Of a stretch of 64,000 nt of DNA, positions 40,291 through 54,182 are shown in pieces; position 1 is the stretch's first letter; each line of letters opens with the position of its first letter. Source of the DNA: the human T2T-CHM13v2.0 reference genome, Homo sapiens. Below the pieces are notes generated by a model. That model did not search any database. It was not told where the DNA came from and saw only the letters and a list, made by a program, of their open reading frames with translations. The DNA lies in NCBI RefSeq assembly GCF_009914755.1, contig NC_060938.1; one strand, written 5' to 3'. A program made the position numbers and the translations under genes.

Positions 40291-43247
40291 AGAGAGAGGA
40301 AGGCATAGCCACAGAGCAGGAATGTTTGAGTAGAACATTCCAGAGGCAGAGCCATCTCAGGAGATGACAAGGACCAAGTGTATCCCTGGCACCAGGTGGC
40401 TGAAGTAGAGGGAAGAAGAAGGAGGTTGGAGACAACATAGAGAATGGAGAGGTCAGGTGGTGGCTGGGCCCTACCTGGGCCCTCACAGGCAGGCGGGACA
40501 TTGTCAGGCCCTGGGGAGGAGAGAGTCCGTGGGCCAGGAGGCCATTCCAAGGTCAGTTTCCATGGAGTGGGGGAGAGGGTGTAGTGACTGGACTCCAAGA
40601 CACTTGGGGGAATGGGGAGAATGGCAGTCCCCACAGCTGCACGGGAAGGGCTGGTCCTCACAGAATAGCAGCAAAGACTCATTCATTCCAGGAATGGAAA
40701 GAATGCCATGTTCTTGGAGCCTGGAGACAGGGTTTGAGAGGCTGGCAGCGGCTGGGCCACCAGGACCTCATCAGTGATAACCCTGTGATCAGTGTTCCAG
40801 CCCCTGCAGGTTTCCTGGAGAGCAGAGTGTCGTCAGAAGGCCTGGAGCTGAGCCAACAGGCAAGATCCAGCCTGCACATGTGTTTAATTTGAACCACATG
40901 GTATTTTTTAAAACTCCAAGCCCCCAGGCTCTTGAGTTGGTTACCAGTACTGAAACTCCCCATTGGGAGCCAGCTTTCCAGTTTCTTTTGAAAGTTTGGA
41001 ACATCCAGCAACACTGATTCAATTTCATTCATTCAGCAGATATTTATTAAGCATCTACTTTGTCAGACACTGTTTTGGGCACTGAAAATATGGCAGTGAA
41101 CAAAAGAGAGGAACATCCCTGGGCCCTTGGAGTTGACCTTCCAGGGTCCCCCCGGGGCTCCAATTCTTTGGTGCTGTGTAGCAGAGGCCCCGTGAACAGG
41201 GCGCCCTCCCATCAGGTTCACACGCATGGAAGCTATGGGAGGTTAAGTTTGCAACCCCTCATCCAGACCATCCCTTCACATACAGTCTAGGAAACAGAGA
41301 GCAGTAAGACCTGCCCAAGCACACCCAGTGCGACTCAGCAGCCACACACAGGAGTAGGCTCAGTCATCTCATTTAATCGCCTGACTCCCTTGTGAGGTCT
41401 GTTTCAGGATGTCCACTTTCTAGGTGAGGAAGAGGAGGCTAAGGAAGGCAGTGCCTGCTCAGACTGCAGAGGCTGGATTCACCCAACTCATCTGACTCCA
41501 ACACCAATGTGATTTCCAAGCCCCCAGGCAGGAATTCATTGGGCAAAGGCTCTGTGGCAAAGTGGCAAAAGTAGGCAGGAACAGGCAGGAATAGAGAGTG
41601 GGAAAGGGAAAATAATACCTGATTCCTCTTCTATTCCGAGTGAGCTGACCCACATATGCCCTCCTTTCTTCTTTTTCAGCCGGCCTTAAGCAGGTGGCTT
41701 ATCAAAATCCTTTCGAGGTCTTGCAAAAACCAATCCCACACTCGAGAAGAACGTGCTGGCCGGTGAAATCGGACAACATTGCTCACGGGATGTAATTCAA
41801 TGGTAGACTGCAGCCACAGCCTGAGAACTCAGACACCTGATTTATGAGACGCACATAAGTAACGTTTACCGAAGCCCAGCAAATGGCCCCACAGTGGGAG
41901 AGAAACTGGCAAACCCGTACAGTAGAATTCTGTTGCCCTTCTGTGGGGAAGGCCAGTTATTCATTTACAGAGGGAGAAATTTCTGCCTTGACTAAAAGGA
42001 TCGATGCTGTGGGAAAAGGTAATATATCTGAGTTCCCATGGATCTGGTTGATAGGTTCACCTGGCGTGTTCCATATGGGGCCAGGCCCAGGCCACACCTG
42101 TGGTGCTAACACCTGGGGTGGAGGGAGGAATTAGCAAATAGTCTTCCAGCATCCCCAGCTCCAGCACCCATGTGGGCTTCCACTCTCTCCCTGAGAAGGG
42201 CCAAGTAGAAAGAGAGAACAAGGTTTCACTCCAATCCGTTCCCAGCTCTGGGTCTGTCCTGGGCTCCAGAACCGCGTGATCAGGGGCCATATGTGGCCTT
42301 CACTGCTCTCTGCAGTGGGAAGGTAAGAAAACTGCCCCCACCCTGCCCCATCATCACCCCAATCCATCATGGGGAGTGGGTGGCACTAAGGCCCTCCAAA
42401 TCCCAGCCTCGGGGAAACTCCCTGATGTTGCAATGGCCACAGGCAGGCTCTTGCTCTCCGGAGATGAGTCACAAATTTGATGAGGAGCAGGTCGGAAGCA
42501 GCCCTGGAAAGTGTTCCTCCCCACCCCTGCTCCCACCACAGCTCCGAGGAGCCTGGGCATCCAACCAGGGCTGATCCAAGCCTTGGCTCCGGCTGAGCTC
42601 CGCTCTGGCCTCTGTGCACCTTCAGCTCCTTCCTGCCCTTCTCTTTCCCTGTGCCCAGCCCCTTTCTCCAGACCCCCTTGATTCCTTCTCAGCATCCTCT
42701 TGCCTCCCCGGACCACCCCCAGCTCAGGCCCCTGCCCAAGAAGGGCCTCACCGCGGGGCTGCAGAGTGCACAGTGCAGCCGGTCAGAGGCCCAGGTCTCT
42801 GAGTCACACATGCCACTGTTCCAGTCCTCACTCCACCACCGCATGGGCCTGGCCGACCACCGAAACTCGGCATCCCATCTGTAAAATGGGAATGAGGAGA
42901 GCAGTGCCTCACTGTGTCGTTGTGAAAATTAAGTGACCCAAAAGGACGGCCTTATTCCCTTTTTGGAAAGAGGTAATGGGCAAAGAAAGGGAAGGAAAGG
43001 CGAGAAAGGACAAGAGGAAGGTCAGAGATGTATGTGAGACACCAGGACAGCGCCACCCCAGCAAGCACCAACAACCATTTTCTCCTATGAGCAGAAGAGG
43101 CTTTAACTATGACTGAAATGAATGCATGTCAAAGCACAGTCTGAATAAAATCCCAAAAATGGTGTCCGTGTCACTCTCCTGGTTGTGATATGGCACGATC
43201 CTTGTGTAAGATGTTACTATTGGGGGAAACTGAGTAAAGAATAATGG

Positions 43248-43548
43248 GGCCGGGCACAGTGCTCATGCCTATAATCCCAGCACTTTGGGAGGCCGAGACA
43301 GGCAGATCACATGAGCCCAGGAGTTCAAAGACCAGCCCAGGCAACATGGTGAAACCCTGTCTCTAGTAAAAATACAAAAATTAGCCAGGCATGGGGGTGC
43401 ACACCTGTAGTATCAGGTACTTGGGAGAATGTGGTGGGAAAATCAGTAGAGCCCAGGGTTCAAGGCTGCAGTGAGCCATGATTGTGCCATTGCACTCCAG
43501 CCTGGGCAATAAAGTGAGACCCTGTCTCAGAAAAAAAAAAAAAAAAAA
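43248..43548 (+). mobile_element. Old Alu (J-like)
   Basis: Full dimer with an A tail. Confidence 0.88.
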
Positions 43549-43974
43549 GAATGAGTACAAGGCATCTTTCTTATCACTGTATGCAAATCTACTAAAAACC
43601 TTAAAAAGAATGCATCATTAAGTTCAACCACTCTGCCTTACAGATGAAGAAACCAAGGTCCAGAGACAAGCAGACTTGTCCAAGGTCACCGAGTAAGCAG
43701 GGCTCCTGCTGAAGGGCTCTGTTCAGACCCAAGATGCCCGCTGGGCCCTGGTGACAGGTCTCAGTCTCAGGCTGAGGTCAGAGAAGAGGCCTGAGTGCCA
43801 GGGTTCTCATTTGAGTGGCCATGATGATTGCAGAGACTCCCTATGGCCAGGATTGTGTTTAAGGCAGTAAACAGGAAGCCAAGCCTACTTTTCAGGAGCT
43901 TCAGGGGACAGAAAACTATCAGGAAGGATTGGTTGGGACCCAGCAAGTACGAGAGGAAGACATTTCAGGGCTTC

Positions 43975-44420
43975 AGTCAACAAGGGGCTCAGTGTACTGT
44001 AGCTGCCAAAATAGCTGCCAGCTCTCAGCTGCATTCAAAGGAGTATAGCCTCTAAAATGAGGGAGGTCATATTCCCTTAATTTAGCACTGGACAGGGTCC
44101 ATTAGGAGTATTGTGTCCAGCTCTTGGCTGATTCCAAAGACAGGGATCAGACTGGTGAGAGGATGCAACAGCACACCCTCCAGACACATGGCGGCAGAGG
44201 GCTTACCACAGAAGATAAGACTTATGTGGAGAGAGGAACAAATGCACTTAGTGTTACCCCAAAGGGACCAAAGAGAAAAAAATCCTGAGAAACACTTTCT
44301 GTCTTAATTTAAGGATGGGCTCTTTGACAGGCAGAGCTGTCCCATGATAGAACTGATGGCCCTCAATGACGTGGGTTCCTGGTCTCTGGAGGAGCCCAGC
44401 GAAGCTGCAGGATCTCTTGG
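43975..44420 (+). mobile_element. Ancient CR1/L3 LINE fragment
   Basis: CAGTGTACTGTAGCTGCCAAAATAGC...GCTGCATT...GAGGGAGGTCATATTCCC...GGAGTATTGTGTCCAG resembles the CR1/L3 3' region. Confidence 0.65.
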
Positions 44421-44947
44421 CAGGAGGCTGCAACAAGAATCCAGGAAGCATCTACTGCACACTCACCCTTGAGGAGCTCACTGCATGTAAGGGAGGCAGA
44501 AAAGAAAAGAGATCATTCCTCAGTGTGAGATGTCTCGTCATGGGGTGACGAAGTCTGCTGCAAGGAGTTCCAGAAGGAAAGGGGGTTCCTTGAGCTGGAT
44601 CTTAAAGTTAAGTAGGACAATGAGAGTGTTGGCCACCTGCAACCTTTCCCTCACGCGAGTTCTCAGCCAACAAAATCAAGGGCTGGAAGATGTATGCCAA
44701 TCCCAAGGAGTGACTGTTGTCCTCTGGGCCATGTGAGTCAGTGAAGACTGAACAAGGAAGTGGCATGTTTGGAACTGCATTTCAGAGAGATCACTTTCAC
44801 TACAATATGGATGATGGCTTGCACAGTGTATCAGTTATCTATGTTGCATAACAAACCACTCCCACACTTAGTGGTTTAAAACAACCACCTCAACTCATAA
44901 TTCTGTAATTGGCCATTTGGGCTGGGTTTAGCCGGGTGGTTCTTCTA

Positions 44948-45392
<445 letters not shown>

Positions 45393-46849
45393 TTATGGCA
45401 GACTAGGGAGTACTCCAATCCTGACCTCCACAATCTAAGACAGAATCAGAGCAGCTTCTTCATTCATGGCTTTGTGTGTCCAACACTTACTGAGTGACCA
45501 ATACATGGCATGTAAAAGTAAAATTGTAAAAGTAAAATATAAAATCCCACCTTCAGTGAGTTCACAGGATGTGAAAAAGCTCATCATGCCCATTTTATAG
45601 ATGGAAAAACTGAGGCCCAGAATGCTTTGCCCCAAGACAGAGCAACTTCGTCAGTGTGAGGTCTGGGATCAAGTGCCAGCTCTTCTACTCTGAGTACTGT
45701 AGCCCAACACAGTGCTCCCTAGAAAATGGTTCCTCAGCAGCTTGTCTTTTGAATAGAAGTGCCATTTGGTCAATGTTGATTTGGGGTTGGGAGCTGGTGA
45801 AGGGCAGAAAATTCTTCTTCCTCATTCTTCTGTGGGAGACATTACTACTGCTCACTGAGAATTCCAGTTCTCCTCTTCTGAAAAATGGGAGGTTGAAGGT
45901 GCTAAACTTCCTCACCCTATAGAGACTAAGAATGGCTTCTTGCTTGCTTTGGCCAATGTAAGCAAAATTGTGTGTCACTTCTAGGCAGAAGAAAATTCAA
46001 GATCATAGTCCTCCATTCTTTCTCTGCTGTAGAAAAACCTGAAAAGCTATGTTAATATAGTGATATCATTAAGATCTGGGGACTTTATCAGCCTGAACCT
46101 CTGAGTGACTAGGAAAAGCAAAGTTTCCTACCAACCTACATCAAACATGTAGGTGAGGAGAAAATAAACATTTGTTGTTTTAAACCACAAAGAGTCAAGG
46201 GTTTTGTTACTGCAGCAGAACTCAGCTCATCCTGACTAACTCATCAGGTTTTGATGAAGAGGGATTGCTCCCTAAACCCTTGGCTTCTTCCCCACCCCTG
46301 ACTCCTCTCCCTGGAAGAGGAGTGACTTCTCTGATTATCCAGTTTCAAAAAAAAAAAAAAGGAATTGGGCCTGGCCTGTAGAGCCCAGTTCCTTACTCCA
46401 TTCTCACTCTTTGGGAAGTACCTGACTGCAGATTGGTCTTCTCTTGCCCATAAGGTAAGCATAGAGTTAAAGGCTCTGCCCTAGTGGGGGAAGTCATCAG
46501 CATTGCCTGGGCCTGCATGAGTCAGCCTGATTCTGGGATTCAGTATCAAAAAGTCTATTTTCTGGCCGTGTGCCTGAGTGATACCTTCCAACCTAGCCCT
46601 TATCAGTAATAAAGAGGAGAGTGCAGGCCCTGTGCACTGACTCCACCGTCTGCCTCTTTAGTGCAGAACTCATGAGGGAAAACAGGAGTGTCTTCACACC
46701 CCAGCTCCTATGATCCTGTCCATCTCTTACTATAGAGGATGCAAATTTCAACTATCTGTTATCCCTTGGAGAAAGCTTATTGGTGAACTACACATCTGAT
46801 TCATGGGAGATTTTTCACAAAATCCTTACTAATATCTTGGTGAGTTCTG

Positions 46850-47070
46850 ATGTAAGGTGTATTAGCCTTATAGATATTTTGGACTCGATAGTTCTTTGTC
46901 ATGGATGTCTGTCCTGTGCATTATAGGATGTTTACCAGCATCCCAGGCCTCTATGTGTTAGACGCCCAGAGCAGCCTCCCTCTCCTAGTAGTGGCAACCA
47001 GCATGTCTCAAGATATCACAAATGTCCCCTACGGGGCAAAATCACCCCCTTCCCCAGCTGAGAACCACAT
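46850..47070 (+). mobile_element. MER20 (hAT-Charlie)
   Basis: CTGTCCTGTGCATTATAGGATGTTTACCAGCATCCC...GGGGCAAAATCACCCC...TGAGAACCAC. Confidence 0.78.
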
Positions 47071-47149
47071 TTTAGCTGATCTGATCAAGTTATTCAACAA
47101 TAGCCTCAAGGAAAGCCTGGTTGTCTGGAGAGACTTCTTGGAGGTGGTA

Positions 47150-47760
47150 GGACTGAAACTGAATCACAGGTTCAATCACTCGCCGCTGGCAGAGTCCAAT
47201 TAACAAGAGCAGGGCCTGGTATAAAGAAAGTGATTTATTTCCAAAGCTTCACTTAGGGGAAGAAGTACAAGCTCCTGCCTTAAGGGTACTGCTTTGCTTC
47301 CGGGGCAGAAAGCAGGGGCTGTTAAAGTGGGACTTGGCATGAATGGCACGCAGGGGAGGGAGCGGGCAGGTGGGGGTCTACATGATTCTTCCTAGTTCTG
47401 CCTGCAGTGGTGCCAGCTCAACCATCTGGCAGAGCAGAACTAGGTTGTAACGTGGCCCGTTGTCTCGAGATACTGTCCAGGTGGGAGAGAGTTTTCTAGC
47501 GGGCATACTTGAGGTTGTAAATTGACTAATGTCTCTCGAGGCAGTCTCCTGGTGGGAGAGGGGCTGGGCTCTGGAGCTTCTAAGCAAGTACATGGTTAGA
47601 TAAGCTTGCCCTGTAATGAGTGTCTGGTGAAGGGAAGGTTATAAATTGCATTTCTAAAGAGCTAAGTAGGAAGTGGGGAACAGGGGGGAAGGGGGAAAAA
47701 GAAGAAAATAATAATTTAAAAAATCCAGCTCACTCTCTTTCTCTTAGAAAAATAGGTCTT
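47150..47760 (-). mobile_element. ERV1-class LTR (subfamily unresolved)
   Basis: GTCCAATTAACAAGAGC...GAAAGTGATTTATTTCCAAAGCT...GGGAAGAAGTAC pattern typical of antisense ERV1 LTRs. Confidence 0.5.
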
Positions 47761-48936
47761 CAGCCCTTGAAGAATTGGACTTTATGAAATGAAGGAGGGA
47801 GGCCATGGTGCTGGGAAGGAAAGAGTGAGCAAAGGGAGGCTTGGAGGCAGGCGCTGATGGGATGGCAGGGTAGCAGGAGGATCACACAAACTGCAGCTGG
47901 AATGATGACATAGCCAACCATGCACAATCAGTCCTAACCATCTCTGGCATGCATTGCACGTACAAGTATTTGCTAACATCATTAGAGCAGAATCTCTCTG
48001 TAAGTGCAATACGTGGCGTCAGCTCCTAACAAGTCGCTATTATTGATTTTGGGGTCTTTCCCTGGTGTTTCACAACACCCCCAGCCAATGCCTTGTGGCT
48101 TCTTCCAGTGTGATTTTCCCTTCACTGTACTACAGCCAACCTTGTGGCAGGGAAAATGTAAGCCTGGGGAGCGGTGAGAAAGGAAGAATGGGATTCATCC
48201 ATCATGAACAAAATGCCAACGTTCTTAGAACGATCAGGATCCAGTGGGACCAGGGTGACCTTGAGGGAAGTAAATCAAGCATGGAGATGCCATGTCAAAT
48301 CATGTCTTTATTTAAAATTTTGAGGTTTCGTTCATCATGGATGTTTTTGCATTACTTTTTATTTTTTAAAACTTTGCATTATTGTTTGATGACAGATGTG
48401 CTCCCACCTTAGACTTTGCGCCCAGCTGAGAGCCTCACTTGCCTCACCCTAATCCCACCCTGAGTGGGAGGGTGGGGGCTGCATTTCCAGCAGAGGGATC
48501 TGGCAGAGAAGCTTCTGCAGGCTTCTATTTCACACTCATCTGTAGACAATCCTCAGAGAAGGCCACAGAAGCTCTTTATCTGTATACAAAGCACATTTCT
48601 ATTCTCTCATGCCCCAAACATGGGCTTTATCAGTCTGCCGTGAAAGTGCCACCAGGGGCAATTTTCATGTTGAGAGAGGGCCTGGTGTGCTGGCCCCCAG
48701 CCCCATGTTTACAGCGAGAAATTAACCATGGAATAAAATGATGTTTTTCTTTTTAATCCACGCAGTGTCCTTGACTAAGAGGAAGCTGTCACCGACAAGC
48801 CTCGTGAGAGAGTTAGGATAGTTAGGATGTTTCCAAGTCCTTCCCACCGCGCGTGGGGTCGGAATTTGCACGGGCTCGGGTGCCATGCTTGGTAGGGGGT
48901 GATTTCCAAACCAAAGTTCCACTGAGAAGAGGGCGG

Positions 48937-48950
48937 GCGCCCCCTGCTGG
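48937..48950 (-). promoter_or_regulatory. Canonical CTCF core motif CCAGCAGGGGGCGC
   Basis: Matches CCASYAGRKGGCRS at all 14 positions and lies in a locally CpG-rich patch. Confidence 0.72.
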
Positions 48951-50631
48951 CATCAGGGGCAGACTGCTCTTTCCCCAGACATGATTCTGCACCCACTTTC
49001 TCTCAAAGCAAACCCTTACATGGGATTCACTACAGATCCGTTCCAAAGCGAAACAGAACACAGAAACAGGACAAGGCCTCTTGAAAGGGGTTGTTTAAAG
49101 ATCTCTTCAAAAAAATTTAAAAATAAACCTGTTTTGTGGGCATGTCAATAGATACAACTTCCATGGGAAGGCAGTTGACAATAGCTACCCAAATTTCAAA
49201 TGGTGTCCCATATTGACACAGTGTTACCCCTTATGGTGATTTATCCATCAGATATACTTATCAGAAATGGAGAAGCAGCAAAGTTAAGTGGCTCAAAGTG
49301 AACCTTTAGGGCGGAGATTTGGCTGAAATTCCAGTTCATTGGCACCAAAGCAAATGGAAATAAAGGCTGGGCCACGTTAAGATTGCTTTCCAAATAGAAC
49401 GCGGTATGGACAATTAAGAAGAAATTAAAACGGAATCTGGTGTCAAGAAAATAGTTATGTCCTGAAAGAGTGGGAGTTGAGGGGGAGTAAAACTTTAAGC
49501 TGAAATGAAGGCGTGAGGGAAACTGTATTTGGCCTTTGAAGTGTTTATTATTAATGGAAGGAGGATTTCTGTCTACAGCATTAGAACATTGATACTGTAT
49601 TGAAAATAGCATAGATGTTGGCATTTTTTTCACTTGTCTTTTACTAAATGCTAAACAGTTTATGGAGGGATTGCCTTGAAGTCTCCATCACTGAAAATAA
49701 CTGGGCCACATCTGGGCTGACAAAATGTTCACGTTAAGAGTTCTGGAAGTCAAGTGAGTACTTTGCACTGAGCAGTTGTGTTTTCCCCTATACTTCAGTG
49801 GAATCCAAATTTGAAAGAATGGTTCGTCCTCTTCTGGTAGCCTTAGAAATTCTTACAGTAAGGATGCACTAGTGTTCATTTTTCTCAGTTATTCCAAATC
49901 TCAAAAAACTTGGCCTCCAACACCCTTTTTGAAACTGATTTTTAAATACGACCCTTGTTGTATCTCTAAGATTAAATTTCCTTGTAAGTAGGCAATCCTA
50001 AATATCAGGCTAAAAAGGAGCTGGCTCCCCCACCTACCCCGATGCCACCCCGGATCTGCGTTTAATGCCAGGGAAGCAGAAGTCCAGACACCCAGAAACA
50101 AGACAAGACCAGGTGGTGTCTTCAAAACCAGGAATTCCAACTCTAACAGTGCTCTCAGTGGTATATGTTCCTTTCCTCAGCATTGTGAACTGACACTCAA
50201 ATCTCTCGGGGAGCAAAGCAAATTGATTTACATTTGTAAGGAACAAATGGCTGGGATGATTAACTGTTTGGTCTCTTGCATATTAGAATTTGCCATCTTT
50301 TTTTTTTCTTTTATCTTTTCTATGGTGTGGAGAGTTTGATGTCTTCTCACTGGATTCTGAGCTCCCTGGGAGCAAGGACCATATCCTTCCTCTCCAGCGC
50401 AGGCATTTGCACACAGTAGGCATTCAAGAAACGGTAACAATATCTAAGTCTTATACTTACCGTGTGCCACAGAGACACTGTTCAAAGCACTTGAATCCTC
50501 CTACCAATTGTATTATTATTTTATACAGAAGGAAACTGAAGCACAGAGAGGTTAAGTAACTTCCCCAAAGCCACACAGATCAGAAGTAGTGGAGCTTGAG
50601 TTCGACCCCAAGTAGCCTAACTCTAACGTCT

Positions 50632-50834
50632 ACACTCTTAGCCACTGTGTCATGGTTCCCAATCTTGTCTACACATTAGTCCCCTGGGGAGCTTTAAAAA
50701 TACACCCCAGGGATTGGGATTTAGCTGGTCTTGGGCATGGCCTGTGCTTTGGCATTTTTGAGAGATCCCCTGGTTCTCATGTGCAGACAAGTTCTGAGAC
50801 CCAGTGCATTACACTGCCCTGCCCCATTCACCAG
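50632..50834 (+). repeat. Left arm of a 203-bp inverted duplication (contains a MER5-like MITE plus flanks)
   Basis: 193/203 ungapped identity to the reverse complement of 52197-52399. Confidence 0.95.
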
Positions 50835-52095
50835 CAGATGTTTGCTGAATGGGATTTGCTCTGTGTGGAACTGCTTTCAGGGATATAAACAAACAAGCCC
50901 AGGGGAAAATACTCCTAACTCTGGCAACAGCATATTATCTTCAAGTGCAGCAGAATGTAATTCCAATAGAGCATGTAAGCACATGGGTCTGCAGTCAGAT
51001 ATTCCTGCATTCAGAGTCTAAATGGGCTGGTTATGATCTGCAGGTACCAGTCAGGCCAGGTGCTCACCAACCTCACTTTCCTTCCTTCCTGGGTACACAG
51101 GTAGACTCCATTACCCATGTTTCCTGTTGGCTGTGACCATGTGACAGAATTCTGACCAATGTGGGCATAAGTGATGTTTGCTCCTGTCTCCCTGGCTATG
51201 TATGTCCTGGCCACAAAAGTGGTCCTCCTGTCTCTCCTGTGCAGAGATCCCAGCTGGGGATTCTGAGGTTCCAGGGGATGCAGAGCCACAAGATGGAAGG
51301 AGCCTGGGCTCCTCCATCACTGCTTGAAGGAGAGCTGTCAGATATTCCAGACTGCCAACCAGACTTTCTGTAAATGAGAAATAAACCTCTCTTTTTGTTA
51401 AGCTGCCGAGGTTTGGGGATCTAGCTGTCACTAGTGACTCATGTCCCTTAACAAGTACATGGTGTGGCTTGGGATAGGTTACTTAACCTAAGCCTTAGTT
51501 TTGTCATCTGCAAAATACAAATAATGGTACAAATATGAACAAGACAAAATAGATACACTCTCCTCTCTTCTGCCCCTCTCCACCTTGCCCTCTGCCCAGA
51601 ACCCTGTGCCTTATGGACTGGGCATGAGCCAGGTTCTACCCATGGGAGGTTCCAGCAGGAGATGGGAGGGCAGGAGAGTGGGGGTGGGGGTCTATCCCTC
51701 TGGCTGCTTCCCTCCACCTAGGGTCATAGCTCCGGTCAGGCAGCCCTCTTTCAGCTATTAAGTTTTGGGAATCGCTCCCTTCGTCTTTTCAGGACTGCGG
51801 CTGTGCCTGGTGTTCAGTCTCTTGAGAGATGGATGAAGAAGGAGGGGCATCCTAATCCCATTCCCACAAGGAGAGCCACAAAAGGTGAGGAATGGCCATT
51901 GGCTCACATGACTTTGAGGCCAGGGCAGGCCCAGAGCTGAGAGGGGATTAGAGAAGAGCTACCAAGTCTTCACTTGGCTCAGAGACAGCCACGAGGTGCC
52001 TGTGGGCTTCCCTTACCCTGTGCTGCCCACCATGTGCTGAGTATTTCCTTCCTAGCACCTGTCTGTCACATGGAGTGGTCACATCTCTTGCTGGG

Positions 52096-52187
52096 ACCCT
52101 GGCTGATACTGAATGTGAATGTTACATTGTCAATACTGATACTGAATGTGAATGTTACATACCCTGGCTGATACTGAATGTGAATGT
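52096..52187 (+). repeat. Three copies of CTGATACTGAATGTGAATGT at the duplication junction
   Basis: Copies at 52096-52122, 52136-52160 and 52161-52187. Confidence 0.92.
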
Positions 52188-52196
52188 CCCCCTGCC

Positions 52197-52399
52197 CTGG
52201 TGAATGAGGCAGGGCAGTGTAATACACTGGGTCTCAGAACTTGTCTGCACATGAGAACCAGGGGATCTCTCAAAAATGCCAAAGCGCAGCCCACACCAAA
52301 GACCAGCTAAATCCCAATCCCTGGGGTGTATTTTTAAAGCTCCCCAGGGGACTAATGTGCAGACAAGTTTGGGAACCATGACACAGTGGCCAAGAGTGT
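52197..52399 (-). repeat. Right arm of the 203-bp inverted duplication
   Basis: Reverse complement of 50632-50834 with 10 mismatches. Confidence 0.95.
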
Positions 52400-53009
52400 T
52401 GTCGAGTGCCAAGCAGAGGAGTCGCCACATAGGAAATAGTCAATCAATGATGAACTTTTATTTCATATATATTTATATTTTAAAAATTATTACAAGTATT
52501 GCTAAAATCAAGAAAACGTGAGCTTACATTGAATAAAGGACATCTGTAAGTAGTAATCATGTGATCTTGGGCAAAGAATTTCCCCTCTCCGGGCTTCGAT
52601 TTCCTCACCTGCAGACAGGACTAGATGACCACTCAGGTTCACTCACTCATTCATTCATTCATTCATTCATTCACTCATTCACCATTTGCTGATCCCTGAC
52701 TCTGGGCAAGGCACTGTGCTAGGCACCGGGTCCCTAAGTCCCTTGCCCTCCTGAAGGAAGTCAAACAGGGAAACAGACGTGGATCTACAGTATGCGGGGA
52801 GTGCCGCAAAGTTTAACAAACAAAAAAAAGGAAAGCATGCTATAGTGGGAAACAGAGAGGAAGGGAGGGTGGCCAGGCTGCCTGAAGTGGAGCCTCCGGG
52901 CTGAGACGGCAAGAGCAGCCAGAGATCCCGACAGAGCATCCGAGTTGGGGCGGCCATAGCGCGTTCTTGCCCCAGGCTGTGCATGATTTTCCCCAGGAGA
53001 GCTCTTAGC

Positions 53010-53215
53010 CCAGTGATTTTTAACAGGGGATTTTTGTCATATTTGGCATATTTGGCCATGTCTGGAGACGTCTTTGGCTGTCACAACTGGGGGAGGGGAG
53101 TTTGTTACTGGCATCCAGTGGCCAGAGGCCAGCGGGGGGTGGGAGGGTGGCAACATCCCCTGCATCCTACAATGCACAGGCTGGTCCCAAATGTCAACTG
53201 CTGAGGTGGAGAAAC
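53010..53215 (-). mobile_element. MER20
   Basis: TTGGCCATGTCTGGAGACGTCTTTGGCTGTCACAACTGGGG...CATCCTACAATGCACAGG. Confidence 0.78.
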
Positions 53216-53855
53216 CCGACTTTAGCCCCATTCTGAGATTTTGCTTTAATCAGTGTTGACTGTGGCCTGTGGTGCAGCATTTATAGAAAGAAATCTTCCA
53301 GGTGGTGCTAACCCCTACTCACGGGCATGCAGAACTGAACCGCTAGGGTGGCTAAGCACAGCCAGAAGAGGGGAGAGGGGCTGGAGACGCCAGGAAGAGA
53401 TCAAGCACATTTTCTTGCTCAAATATTCTAAGAGCCTTTAATCTCAATCTTCTAGCAAAATTCTGTGGTTTCCCAATTAGTGAAGACTTTTTGCTAAGTT
53501 AGGTAACTGCTCCAAGCTTTTCTTAAATGAAGTCCTGGGAAGAGCATGAGGTCTGGAAGTCAAACCATGTGACGGTGAGCAAGTTTCTTGACCTCTCTGA
53601 ACCTGTCTCCTCATCTGGAAAACAGGGACTCTAGTAACTGCCTCTGAGTGGGGGCTGTGAAATTATAAAAAGACAGTAGGATACTTGGCACACAGTAAGC
53701 ATCTCACAATTGTCCCCATCCCTTTTTTCAACAAGAGCCATGGGTGAAGTGTGACTTGTCATTTTTTCCCTAATTGTTCAAAGTGGATGTTATATAGTCA
53801 CATCTGTCACAACAAAATCTTTTAAAGTAAATTGCCCTTAAAAATAAGTATGTCT

Positions 53856-54182
<327 letters not shown>

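Noticed and set aside
40389-40402. Second CTCF-like motif GCACCAGGTGGCTG
   Set aside because: Two mismatches to the core; too weak without ChIP data.
41680-41805. Faint homeodomain-like translation (…EKNVLAGEIG…)
   Set aside because: Requires frameshifts and lacks the WFxNRR helix; not supportable by eye.
50652-52430. Two near-identical ORFs (MVP.LV.TLVPWGALKIHPRD…) as a novel gene pair
   Set aside because: They are the arms of a transposon-containing inverted duplication, with no promoter or splice context.
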